A DNA stretch of 18,769 bases from NCBI GenBank assembly GCA_037447605.1, contig JBBHKD010000033.1:1-18769 (forward strand). Reading direction: 5' to 3'. A program made the translations under genes and the position numbers. The notes beneath the pieces were generated by a model. The model was not told the origin of the DNA and ran no database searches. It worked only from the letters and a program-made list of their open reading frames with translations. Of the stretch, positions 9,201 through 18,769 are shown piece after piece; position 1 is the stretch's first letter; every line of letters starts with the position of its first letter. The DNA comes from Zygnema circumcarinatum SAG 698-1b. Taxonomy: Eukaryota; Plantae; Zygnematophyceae.

Positions 9201-12200
9201 CTACAGTGAATCCGCCGTATGCACAAGAAGTTTGACTCAATTTGGCGTACTCCCCATTCAAATATGGACGTTTTAGTGACACGTGCAATTGGTTGCGTTC
9301 CTATACACGTCCTCTCCGTTATATATAACTTTTTTGTCTTTTTTTTTTGTGCACCGAAATTTCTCACAGTCACTCTACAGTGAATCCGCCGTATGCACAA
9401 AAAGTTTAAAGTCATTTGGCGTTCCTATTCAATATGGACATTTTTGTAAACGCGTGCAATTGGTTGATTCCTAGACACGTCCACTCCATTGTGTGTAACT
9501 TTTTTGTCTTTTACTTTTGTGCACCGAAATTTGTCACCAATTGCACTCTCCTGAACCGGCAATACACAAAAGTTTTGATCAATTTGATTTTCTCCTTATT
9601 CAGATATGAACATTTTTGTAAACACGTCAATTGGTTGCGTCACTATACACGTCACTCCGTTGTGTATAACTTTTTTGTCTTTTGTTTTTGTGCACCAAAA
9701 TTTTCCACCGTCACTCTCCCATGATTCCAGTATACAAAAGCTAAATCAATTTAGCATTCTCCTATTCAAATACAACATTTCTCTGACACGTACAATAGGT
9801 TGCAATTATAGCACTCTCCTCCGTTATACATTACTTTTTTGTCTTTCTATACACCCTAAATTTCTCACCGTTCATCTTCCCAGTGAATCACCCATTGCAC
9901 AAAAAAGTTTTGGTACAATTTAGCGTTCTGCCTCAATTTTCGCTATGGACATTTTTATGACACGTCAAATTTAGTTACCTTGACACACATCCACTCCATT
10001 TATGTGTAACTTTTTTGTCTTTTATTTTATGCACGAAATTTGTCACCATCACTCTAAAGTGAATTCTCCGTATGCACAAAAAGTGTGGGCCAATTTTCCG
10101 TTCTCCCTATTCAGCTATTCTCGTTTTTGTGACACGTGCAATTGGTTGCGTTCCTATACACGTCCACTCCGTTATATATAACTTTTTTGTATTTTATTTT
10201 TGTGCACCGAAATTTCTCACCGTCACTCTACAATAAATCCGCCGTATGCACAAAAAGTTTGAGTCAATTTGGCGTTCTCCCTATTCAGATATGGACGTTT
10301 TTGTGACACGTGCAATAGGTTGCGTTCCTATACACGTCCACTCCGTTATACATAACTTTTTTGTCTTTTACTTTTGTGCACCTAAATTTCTCACCGTCAC
10401 TCTACAGTGAATCCGCCGTATGCACAAAAAGTTTGAGNNNNNNNNNNGTTCCTATACACGTCCACTCCGTTATATATAACTTTTTTGTATTTTATTTTTG
10501 TGCACCGAAATTTCTCACCGTCACTCTACAATAAATCCGCCGTATGCACAAAAAGTTTGAGTCAATTTGGCGTTCTCCCTATTCAGATATGGACGTTTTT
10601 GTGACACGTGCAATAGGTTGCGTTCCTATACACGTCCACTCCGTTATACATAACTTTTTTGTCTTTTACTTTTGTGCACCTAAATTTCTCACCGTCACTC
10701 TACAGTAAATCCGCCGTATGCACAAAAAGTTTGAGTCAATTTGGCGTTCTCCCCATTCAGATATGGACGTTTTAGTGACACGTGCAATTGGTTGCGTTCC
10801 TATACACGTCCTCTCCGTTATATATAACTTTTTTGTCTTTTACTTTTGTGCACCGAAATTTCTCACCGTCACTCTACAGTGAATCCGCCGTATGCACAAA
10901 AAGTTTGAGTCAATTTGCCGTTCTCCCCATTCAAATATGGACGTGTTTGTGACAGTTGCAATTGGTTGCGTTCCTATACACGTCCACTCCGTTATATATA
11001 ACTTTTTTGTATTTTATTTTTGTGCACCGAAATTTCTCACCGCCACTCTACAGTGAATCCGCCGTGTCAATCATACGTTTGACTCCATTTTGCGTTCTTC
11101 CCATTCAAATATGGACGTTTTTGTGACACGTGCAATTGGTTGCCTTCCTATACACGTCCACTCCGTTATTTATAACTTTTTTGTCTTTTACTTTTGTGCA
11201 CTGAAATTTCTCCCAGTCACTCTACAGTGAATCCGCCGTATGCACAAGAAGTTTGACTCAATTTGGCGTACTCCCCATTCAAATATGGACGTTTTAGTGA
11301 CACGTGCAATTGGTTGCGTTCCTATACACGTCCTCTCCGTTATATATAACTTTTTTGTCTTTTTTTTTTGTGCACCGAAATTTCTCACAGTCACTCTAGT
11401 GAATCCGCGTATACACAAAAAGTTTTGAGTCAATTTGGCATTCTCCCTATTCGGTGTGAGCGTTTTTGTGATCCGTGCAATTGGTTACGTTCCTAAAGAT
11501 CGTCCCAGCTTTTTCTTATATGTAACTTTTTTGTCTTTTACTTTTGTGCACACAAATTTCTCACCATCACTCTCATGCGATCCACGGTATACACAAGAAG
11601 TTTGAGTCAATTTGGCATTCTTTATTCCAAGTGTGGACATTTTTGTAAACACATGGATGTAGGTGCCTCCTATACACGTCCACTCCGTTATACATAACTT
11701 TTTTGTCTTTTATTTTTGTGCACCGAAATTTCTCACCGTCACTCTACAGTAAATCCGCCGTATGCACAAAAAGTTTGAGTTAATTTGGCGTTCTCCCTAT
11801 TCAGATATGGACGTTTTTGTGACACGTGCAATAGGTTGCGTTCCTATACACGTCCACTCCGTTATACATAACTTTTTTGTCTTTTACTTTTGTGCACCTA
11901 AATTTCTCACCGTCACTCTACAGTGCATCCGCCGTTTGCACAAAAAGTTTGAGTCAATTTGGCGTTCTCCTCGTTCAGATATGGACGTTTTTGTGACACG
12001 TGCAATAGGTTGCGTTCCTATACACGTCCACTCCGTTATACATAACTTTTTTGTCTTTTACTTTTGTGCACCTAAATTTCTCACCGTCACTCTACAGTAA
12101 ATCCGCCGTATGCACAAGAAGTTTGAGTCAATTTGGCGTACTCCCCATTCAAATATGGACGTTTTAGTGACACGTGCAATTGGTTGCGTTCCTATACACG

Positions 12201-15200
12201 TCCTCTCCGTTATATATAACTTTTTTGTCTTTTACTTTTGTGCACCGAAATTTCTCACCGTCACTCTACAGTGAATCCGCCGTATGCACAAAAAGTTTGA
12301 GTCAATTTGGCGTTCTCCCTATTCAGATATGGACGTTTTTGTGACAGGTGCAATTGGTTGCGTTCCTATACACGTCCACTCCGTTATATATAACTTTTTT
12401 GTATTTTATTTTTGTGCACCGAAATTTCTCACCGTCACTCTACAGTGAATCCGCCGTTTGCACAAAAAGTTTGAGTCAATTTGGCGTTCTCCTCGTTCAG
12501 ATATGGACGTTTTTGTGACACGTGCAATTGGTTGCCTTCCTATACACGTCCACTCCGTTATTTATAACTTTTTTGTCTTTTATTTTTGTGCACCGAAATT
12601 TCTCACCGACACTCTACAGTAAATCCGCCGTATACACAAAAAGTTTAAGTCAATTTGGCGTTCTCCCTATTCAGATATGGACGTTTTTGTGACACGTGCA
12701 ATAGGTTGCGTTCCTATACACGTCCACTCCGTTATACATAACTTTTTTGTCTTTTTTTTTTGTGCACCGAAATTTCTCACAGTCACTCTACAGTGAATCC
12801 GCCGTATGCACAAAAAGTTTGAGTCAATTTGGCGTTCTCCCTATTCAGATATGGACGTTTTTGTGACACGTGCAATTGGTTGCGTTCCTAGACACGTCCA
12901 CTCCGTTATATATAACTTTTTTGTCTTTTACTTTTGTGCACCGAAATTTCTCACCGTCACTCTACAGTGAATCCGCCGTATGCACAAAAAGTTTGAGTCA
13001 ATTTGGCTTTCTCCCTATTCAGATATGGACGTTTTTGTGACACGTGCAATAGGTTGCGTTCCTATACACGTCCACTCCGTTATATATAACTTTTTTGTCT
13101 TTTATTTTTTTGCACCAAAATTTCTTAGCGTCACGCTACAGTGTGTCCGCCGTACGCACAAAAAGTTTGAGTCAATTTGGCGTTCTCCGTATTCAATATG
13201 GACGTTTTTGTGACACGTGCAATAGGTTGCGTTCCTATACACGTCCACTCCGTTATACATTACTTTTTTGTCTTTTACTTTTGTGCACCTAAATTTCTCA
13301 CCGTCACTCTACAGTGAATCCGCCGTTTGCACAAAAAGTTTGAGTCAATTTGGCGTTCTCCTCGTTCAGATATGGACGTTTTTGTGACACGTGCAATTGG
13401 TTGCCTTCCTATACACGTCCACTCCGTTATATATAACTTTTTTGTCTTTTATTTTTGTGCACCGAAATTTCTCACCGTCACTCTAAAGTGAATCCGCCGT
13501 ATGCACAAAAAGTTTGAGTCAATTTGGCGTTCTCCCTATTCAGATATGGACGTTTTTGTGACAGGTGCAATGTGTTGCGTTCCTATACACGTCCACTCCG
13601 TTATATATAACTTTTTTGTATTTTATTTTTGTGCACCGAAATTTCTCACCGTCACTCTACAGTAAATCCGCCGTATGCACAAAAAGTTTGAGTCAATTTG
13701 GCGTTCTCCCTATTCAGATATGGACGTTTTTGTGACACGTGCAATAGGTTGCGTTCCTATACACGTCCACTCCGTTATACATAACTTTTTTGTCTTTTAC
13801 TTTTGTGCACCGAAATTTCTCACCGTCACTCTAAAGTGAAACCGCCGTATGCACAAAAAGTTTGAGTCAATTTGGCGTTCTCCCTATTCAGATATGGACG
13901 TTTTTGTGACAGGTGCAATTGGTTGCGTTCCTATACACGTCCACTCCGTTATATATAACTTTTTTGTCTTTTATTTTTGTGCACCGAAATTTCTCACCGT
14001 CACTCTACAGTAAATCCGCCGTATGCACAAAAAGTTTAAGTCAATTTGGCGTTCTCCCTATTCAGATATGGACGTTTTTGTGACACGTGCAATAGGTTGC
14101 TTTCCTATACACGTCCACTCCGTTATACATTACTTTTTTGTCTTTTACTTTTGTGCACCTAAATTTCTCAGCGTCACTCTACAGTGAATCCGCCGTATGC
14201 ACAAAAAGTTTGTGTCAATTTGGCGTTCTCCATATTCAGATATGGACGTTTTTGTGACACGTGCAATAGGTTGCCTTTCTATACACGTCCACTCCGTTAT
14301 ACATAACTTTTTTGTCTTTTACTTTTGTGCACCTAAATTTATCACGTCACTCTGCAGTAAATCCACCATTATCACAAGAAGTTTGAGTCAATTGGCAATC
14401 TCCCATCAAATATGGACATCTTAGTAACACATCACAATGGTTGATTTTATACACGTCCTCTCCATTATATGTAACTTTTTTGTCTTTTACTTTTGTGCAC
14501 CAAACTTCTCAGCATTAGCTTGCAGTGAATCCACGTATGCACAAAAAGTTTTAATTCAATTTTAGCATTCTCCTTATTTATTCAATATGAACATTTTTGT
14601 GATAGGTGTACAATTGGTTGCCGATTCCTGTGCACCTACTCATTATGTAACTTTTTTTGTATTTTATTTTATGCACCGGAAATTTACGTCACTCTACAGT
14701 GAATCCGCCGTATGCACAAGAAGTTTGACTCAATATGGCGTACTCCCCATTCAAATATGGACGTTTTAGTGACACGTGCAATTGGTTGCGTTCCTATACA
14801 CGTCCACTCCGTTATATATAACTTTTTTGTCTTTTTTTTTTGTGCACTGAAATTTCTCCCAGTCACTCTACAGTGAATCCGCCGTATGCACAAGAAGTTT
14901 GACTCAATTTGGCGTACTCCCCATTCAAATATGGACGTTTTAGTGACACGTGCAATTGGTTGCGTTCCTATACACGTCCTCTCCGTTATATATAACTTTT
15001 TTGTCTTTTTTTTTTGTGCACCGAAATTTCTCACAGTCACTCTACAGTGAATCCGCCGTATGCACAAAAAGTTTGAGTCAATTTGGCGTTCTCCCTATTC
15101 AGATATGGACGTTTTTGTGACACGTGCAATTGGTTGCGTTCCTAGACACGTCCACTCCGTTATATATAACTTTTTTGTCTTTTACTTTTGTGCACACAAA

Positions 15201-17106
15201 TTTCTCACCGTCACTCTACAGTGAATCCGCCGTATGCACAAAAAGTTTGAGTCAATTTGGCGTTCTCCCTATTCAGATATGGACGTTTTTGTGACACGTG
15301 CAATTGGTTGCGTTCCTATACACGTCCACTCCGTTATATATAACTTTTTTGTCTTTTATTTTTGTGCACCGAAATTTCTCACCGTCACTCTACAGTAAAT
15401 CCGCCGTATGCACAAAAAGTTTGAGTCAATTTGGCGTTCTCCCTATTCAGATATGGACGTTTTTGTGACACGTGCAATAGGTTGCGTTCCTATACACGTC
15501 CACTCCGTTATACATTACTTTTTTGTCTTTTACTTTTGTGCACCTAAATTTCTCACCGTCACTCTACAGTGAATCCGCCGTTTGCACAAAAAGTTTGAGT
15601 CAATTTGGCGTTCTCCTCGTTCAGATATGGACGTTTTTGTGACACGTGCAATTGGTTGCCTTCTTATACACGTCCACTCCGTTATATATAACTTTTTTGT
15701 CTTTTACTTTTGTGCACCGAAATTTCTCACCGTCACTCTACAGTGAATCCGCCGTATGCACAAAAAGTTTGAGTCAATTTGGCGTTCTCCCTATTCAGAT
15801 ATGGACGTTTTTGTGACAGGTGCAATTGGTTGCGTTCCTATACACGTCCACTCCGTTATATATAACTTTTTTGTATTTTATTTTTGTGCACCGAAATTTC
15901 TCACCGTCACTCTACAGTGAATCCGCCGTATGCACAAAAAGTTTGAGTCAATTTGGCGTTTTCCCTATTCAAATATGGACGTTTTTGTGACACGTGCAAT
16001 AAGTTGCGTTCCTATACATGTCCACTCCGTTATACATAACTTTTTTGTCTTTTACTCTTTTGCACCGAAATTTCTCAGCGTCACTCTACAGTGAGTCCGC
16101 CGTATGCACAAAAAGTTTGAGTCAATTAAGCGTTCTCCCTATTCAGATATGGACGTTTTTGTGACACGTGCAATAGGTTGCGTTCCTATACACGTCCACT
16201 CCGTTATATATAACTTTTTTGTATTTTATTTTTGTGCACCGAAATTTCTCACCGTCACTCTACAGTAAATCCGCCGTATGCACAAAAAGTTTGAGTCAAT
16301 TTGGCGTTCTCCTTGTTCAGATATGGACGTTTTTGTGACACGTGCAATTGGTTGCCTTCTTATACACGTCCACTCCGATATATATAACTTTTTTGTCTTT
16401 TTCTTTTGTGCACCGAAATTTCTCACCGTCACTCTACAGTGAATCTGCCGTTTGCACAAAAAGTTTGAGTCAATTTGGCGTTCTCCTCGTTCAGATATGG
16501 ACGTTTTTGTGACACGTGCAATTGGTTGCCTTCTTATACACGTCCACTCCGTTATATATAACTTTTTTGTCTTTTACTTTTGTGCACCTAAATTTCTCAC
16601 CGTCACTCTACAGTGAATCCGCCGTTTGCACAAAAAGTTTGAGTCAATTTGGCGTTCTCCTCGTTCAGATATGGACGTTTTTGTGACACGTGCAATAGGT
16701 TGCGTTCCTATACACGTCCACTCCGTTATATATAACTTTTTTTTCTTTTACTTTTGTGCACCGAAATTTCTCCCAGTCACTCTACAGTGAATCCGCCGTA
16801 TGCACAAGAAGTTTGAGTCAATTTGGCGTACTCCCCATTCAAATATGGACGTTTTTGTGACACGTGCAATAGGTTGCATTCCTATACACGTCCACTCCGT
16901 TATACATAACTTTTTTGTCTTTTACTTTTGTGCACCTAAATTTCTCACCGTCACTCTACAGTGAATCCGCCGTTTGCACAAAAAGTTTGAGTCAATTTGG
17001 CGTTCTCCTCGTTCAGATATGGATGTTTTTGTGACACGTGCAATTGGTTGCCTTCCTATACACGTCCACTCCGTTATATATAACTTTTTTGTCTTTTACT
17101 TTTGTG
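3256..17106. repeat. Tandem satellite array, 174-bp monomer, about 80 copies
   Basis: GTTATA(T/C)ATAAC recurs at 3256, 3430, 3604, 3778 (period 174). Consensus: gttatatataacttttttgtcttttacttttgtgcaccgaaatttctcaccgtcactctacagtgaatccgccgtatgcacaaaaagtttgagtcaatttggcgttctccctattcagatatggacgtttttgtgacacgtgcaattggttgcgttcctatacacgtccactcc. Confidence 0.99.
10438..10447. other. Assembly gap (10 N)
   Basis: Run of ten N inside the satellite array. Confidence 1.
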
Positions 17107-18215
17107 TGTTAGTGTTAGGCTAGTTAGGAACTTGTAAATACACTAAGTTGTTTTGGTACTAAGTTCTTAGGGGTGTGCTCCTAGTCCGAATTGCATGTAG
17201 GACGCCCTAGCGGCCATTACAAGTCCTCGAGGGGGGTAATGTGGCGGCGCGCTAAAAGATCTTCTTGCGAATTATGCGGGCTGGCCAGCGCGAATTAATA
17301 CGACCATCGAGGCGTTGATTGGTCAGCAGCGGTCTCGGAAATTTGGCCTTGGCTGGCCGGAGTGTATGCGCCCGTGAAGATCAATATGGGAAGCCGACAA
17401 GCAGCTGATTAGTGACCGAGAAAGCAACCCAGCCTTAGCCAGCGGGCCAGCATGCGAGCCCAGCGCGACCCGACCAGTACATGGCCTTGGCCAGCAGCGG
17501 ATCCCTTGAGCGCAAAATTCGCAGCCCGAAAGCAGCGAAGGAATATGGCGACAGCGAATTCTGCCGGCAGCGCCGCGTGGACACTTATATAGTCGGTCCG
17601 CTGGTTCGATCGTACGGCCGAAATGTCGGCGGACAAAAGTCGCTAAAAGGGCTGGCAAAGCGGCAGAACTGTACGGACAGATGTACGAATAGACAAGAAC
17701 TAGGTCGGTGCTGTCGTAGGTTTACGAGGCGCACTAGCTGGTCGCTATTCTTGAGTGCGCCCACTGAGATAGTGCATGGGCTTGCAATGGCGGACGCGAC
17801 GTGACAACTTGTGTCACGTCACACGGCCATTGTTGTATATGATAGAGGTCTGTTTTGAAGGAGTTAACCTTCTCGGGACTTACGTAGGAAGTGAGGCTAT
17901 CCTTCTTTGGGCTTAGAAGATAGTGGGAAGTGTTCAGCTTGTAGTGGGGTGGTGTAATCACGTAGCTTGAGTTTAGGTGCTTGAAGCTTGGCTCTAGAGT
18001 TGTCAAGTTGTATTCATCTTTATATTAAGGAGTTTTAGGCTGGAGGCTTTCTCCTTACATCTCCTCTTTTCCGCTGATCTGTTCTACTGCATTCAGACTT
18101 GTGTGTGTGTCTACATCCTTGAGGAGTGTGGTTGATCAAGTCATTGAAGATGTCGAGCTCTACCGAGGGCAGACGAGAAGTGGCAACACCTCGCACGGAG
18201 GCCCCTGCACCAACA
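17107..18215 (+). repeat. LTR (1109 bp)
   Basis: Starts TGTTAGTG and ends CACCAACA (7/8 terminal inverted repeat), followed by AG and the PBS. 17718-17742 is a 25-bp exact reverse-complement match to 2535-2559. AAGCTTGGCTCT at 17984-17995 matches 2427-2438 on the minus strand. Confidence 0.88.
17729..17840 (+). promoter_or_regulatory. Putative U3 promoter module of the right LTR with a TATA-like box
   Basis: GCGCACT/AGTGCGC (17729-17735, 17754-17760), GACGTGACA/TGTCACGTC (17798-17806, 17812-17820) and TATAT at 17836-17840. Function is inferred from position and from conservation with the left LTR. Confidence 0.5.
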
Positions 18216-18217
18216 AG

Positions 18218-18230
18218 TGGTATCAGAGCC
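18218..18230 (+). other. Primer-binding site complementary to plant initiator tRNA-Met
   Basis: TGGTATCAGAGCC, 2 nt after the LTR end CCAACA. Confidence 0.95.
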
Positions 18231-18281
18231 GAAGGCGTCGACGACGTGAAGTTTACCATTCGACTTTTCGATGGGAAGAGC
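18231..18281 (+). pseudogene. gag: Remnant of a Ty1/copia gag N-terminus
   Basis: Translates as EGVDDVKFTIRLFDGKS immediately after the PBS. This resembles the K(F/Y)x(I/V)xxF(D/N)G start of Tork/Tnt1-type Gag, recalled from memory (Tnt1 MSGVKYEVAKFNG). There is no ATG, and similarity ends after about 12 codons. Confidence 0.55.
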
Positions 18282-18395
18282 CCCCACAGAAGCGGTGGGC
18301 CCATGCTCGCGGTCGGAGAACAGCGGCCATTGGAGATACATGTGGATGGCTCTTGTGGCCACGGTCGAGACCAACCACAGCAGAGTTTGGCGATT

Positions 18396-18408
18396 GGAGG
18401 GTGAAGGA
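18396..18408 (+). other. Polypurine tract (plus-strand priming site)
   Basis: GGAGGGTGAAGGA followed by T and then TGT, similar to the copia PPT-LTR junction GGAGGGGGAGAT-TG. Confidence 0.6.
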
Positions 18409-18409
18409 T

Positions 18410-18519
18410 TGTAAAGTTAGGACCTTGCTTTGTGCTGGCGTTAGTGAGGACCCTACAGATCTGATTTCAGAGTTAAAGACAGCTCAAAAATCCGCCGAAC
18501 TCCGTTATCCGCCGGCGGA
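18410..18519 (+). repeat. Probable 5' stub of an LTR, truncated at the satellite junction
   Basis: Begins TG right after the PPT. AGTTAGGACCTTG (18415-18427) matches 17122-17134 at 12/13. AGGACCCTACA (18447-18457) matches 3128-3138 on the minus strand. Confidence 0.5.
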
Positions 18520-18769
18520 ACTCCGTTATATATAACTTTTTTGTCTTTTACTTTTGTGCACCGAAATTTCTCACCGTCACTCTACAGTGAAACCGCCGTA
18601 TGCACAAAAAGTTTGAGTCAATTTGGCGTTCTCCCCATTCAGATATGGACGTTTTAGTGACACGTGCAATTGGTTGCGTTCCTATACACGTCCACTCCGT
18701 TATATATAACTTTTTTGTCTTTTACTTTTGTGCACCGAAATTTCTCACCGTCACTCTGATTGAATCCCT
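18520..18769. repeat. 174-bp satellite resumes (about 1.4 monomers, runs off the right edge)
   Basis: Consensus monomer sequence from ACTCCGTTATATATAAC onward, in the same orientation as the main array. Confidence 0.98.

Larger units (their letters stand above)
17107..18519 (+). mobile_element. Internally deleted, truncated LTR retrotransposon, probably Ty1/copia (Tork/Tnt1-like)
   Basis: In order: LTR, PBS, short gag-like remnant, PPT, TG-starting stub. It interrupts the satellite after ...TTTTGTG, and there is no target-site duplication at the far end. Confidence 0.8.

Noticed and set aside
3627-16459. Many similar ORFs in the array (MHKKFESIWRSPYSDMDV..., ...KKTKKLYITE...)
   Set aside because: They are translations of the 174-bp monomer. 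Because 174 is divisible by 3 the same peptides recur. They start and stop at incidental variants and resemble no protein family.
3256-17106. CRISPR array
   Set aside because: The whole 174-bp unit repeats, with no unique spacers and no cas genes, in a eukaryotic retroelement context.
1695-18229. A composite DNA transposon with 24-bp terminal inverted repeats carrying the satellite
   Set aside because: The inverted repeat is the conserved U5 end plus PBS of two oppositely oriented LTR elements. Retroelement sequence continues beyond both copies, and there is no TSD or transposase.
18218-18304. A tRNA gene or tRNA-derived SINE
   Set aside because: Only the PBS complement and a 22-nt snippet match. 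There is no cloverleaf, B box, poly(A/T) tail or TSD.
17323-18535. ORFs of 75-144 aa in the right LTR and across the PBS
   Set aside because: They cross LTR, PBS and satellite boundaries. Only the VKFTIRLFDGKS segment resembles a known protein, and it is reported separately.

Overview
Repeat-only eukaryotic DNA, almost certainly from a flowering plant (species not identifiable). I can support no intact protein-coding or RNA gene. 1-3255: a decayed LTR retrotransposon on the minus strand, with a full 5' LTR (1709-3255, TG..CA ends), a tRNA-iMet primer-binding site (1695-1706), about 1.2 kb of non-coding internal sequence and a truncated second LTR copy (1-493). 3256-17106: about 80 head-to-tail copies of a 174-bp satellite, with recurring sequence variants, error-like degraded patches and a 10-N assembly gap. 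17107-18519: a related but diverged LTR element on the plus strand, with a 1109-bp LTR, PBS, a few codons of Ty1/copia (Tork/Tnt1-like) gag, a PPT and the stub of a non-matching LTR. The satellite resumes at 18520 through a junction built from satellite-like snippets. The ORFs in the supplied track are chance readings of repeats. All alignments and counts were done by eye.
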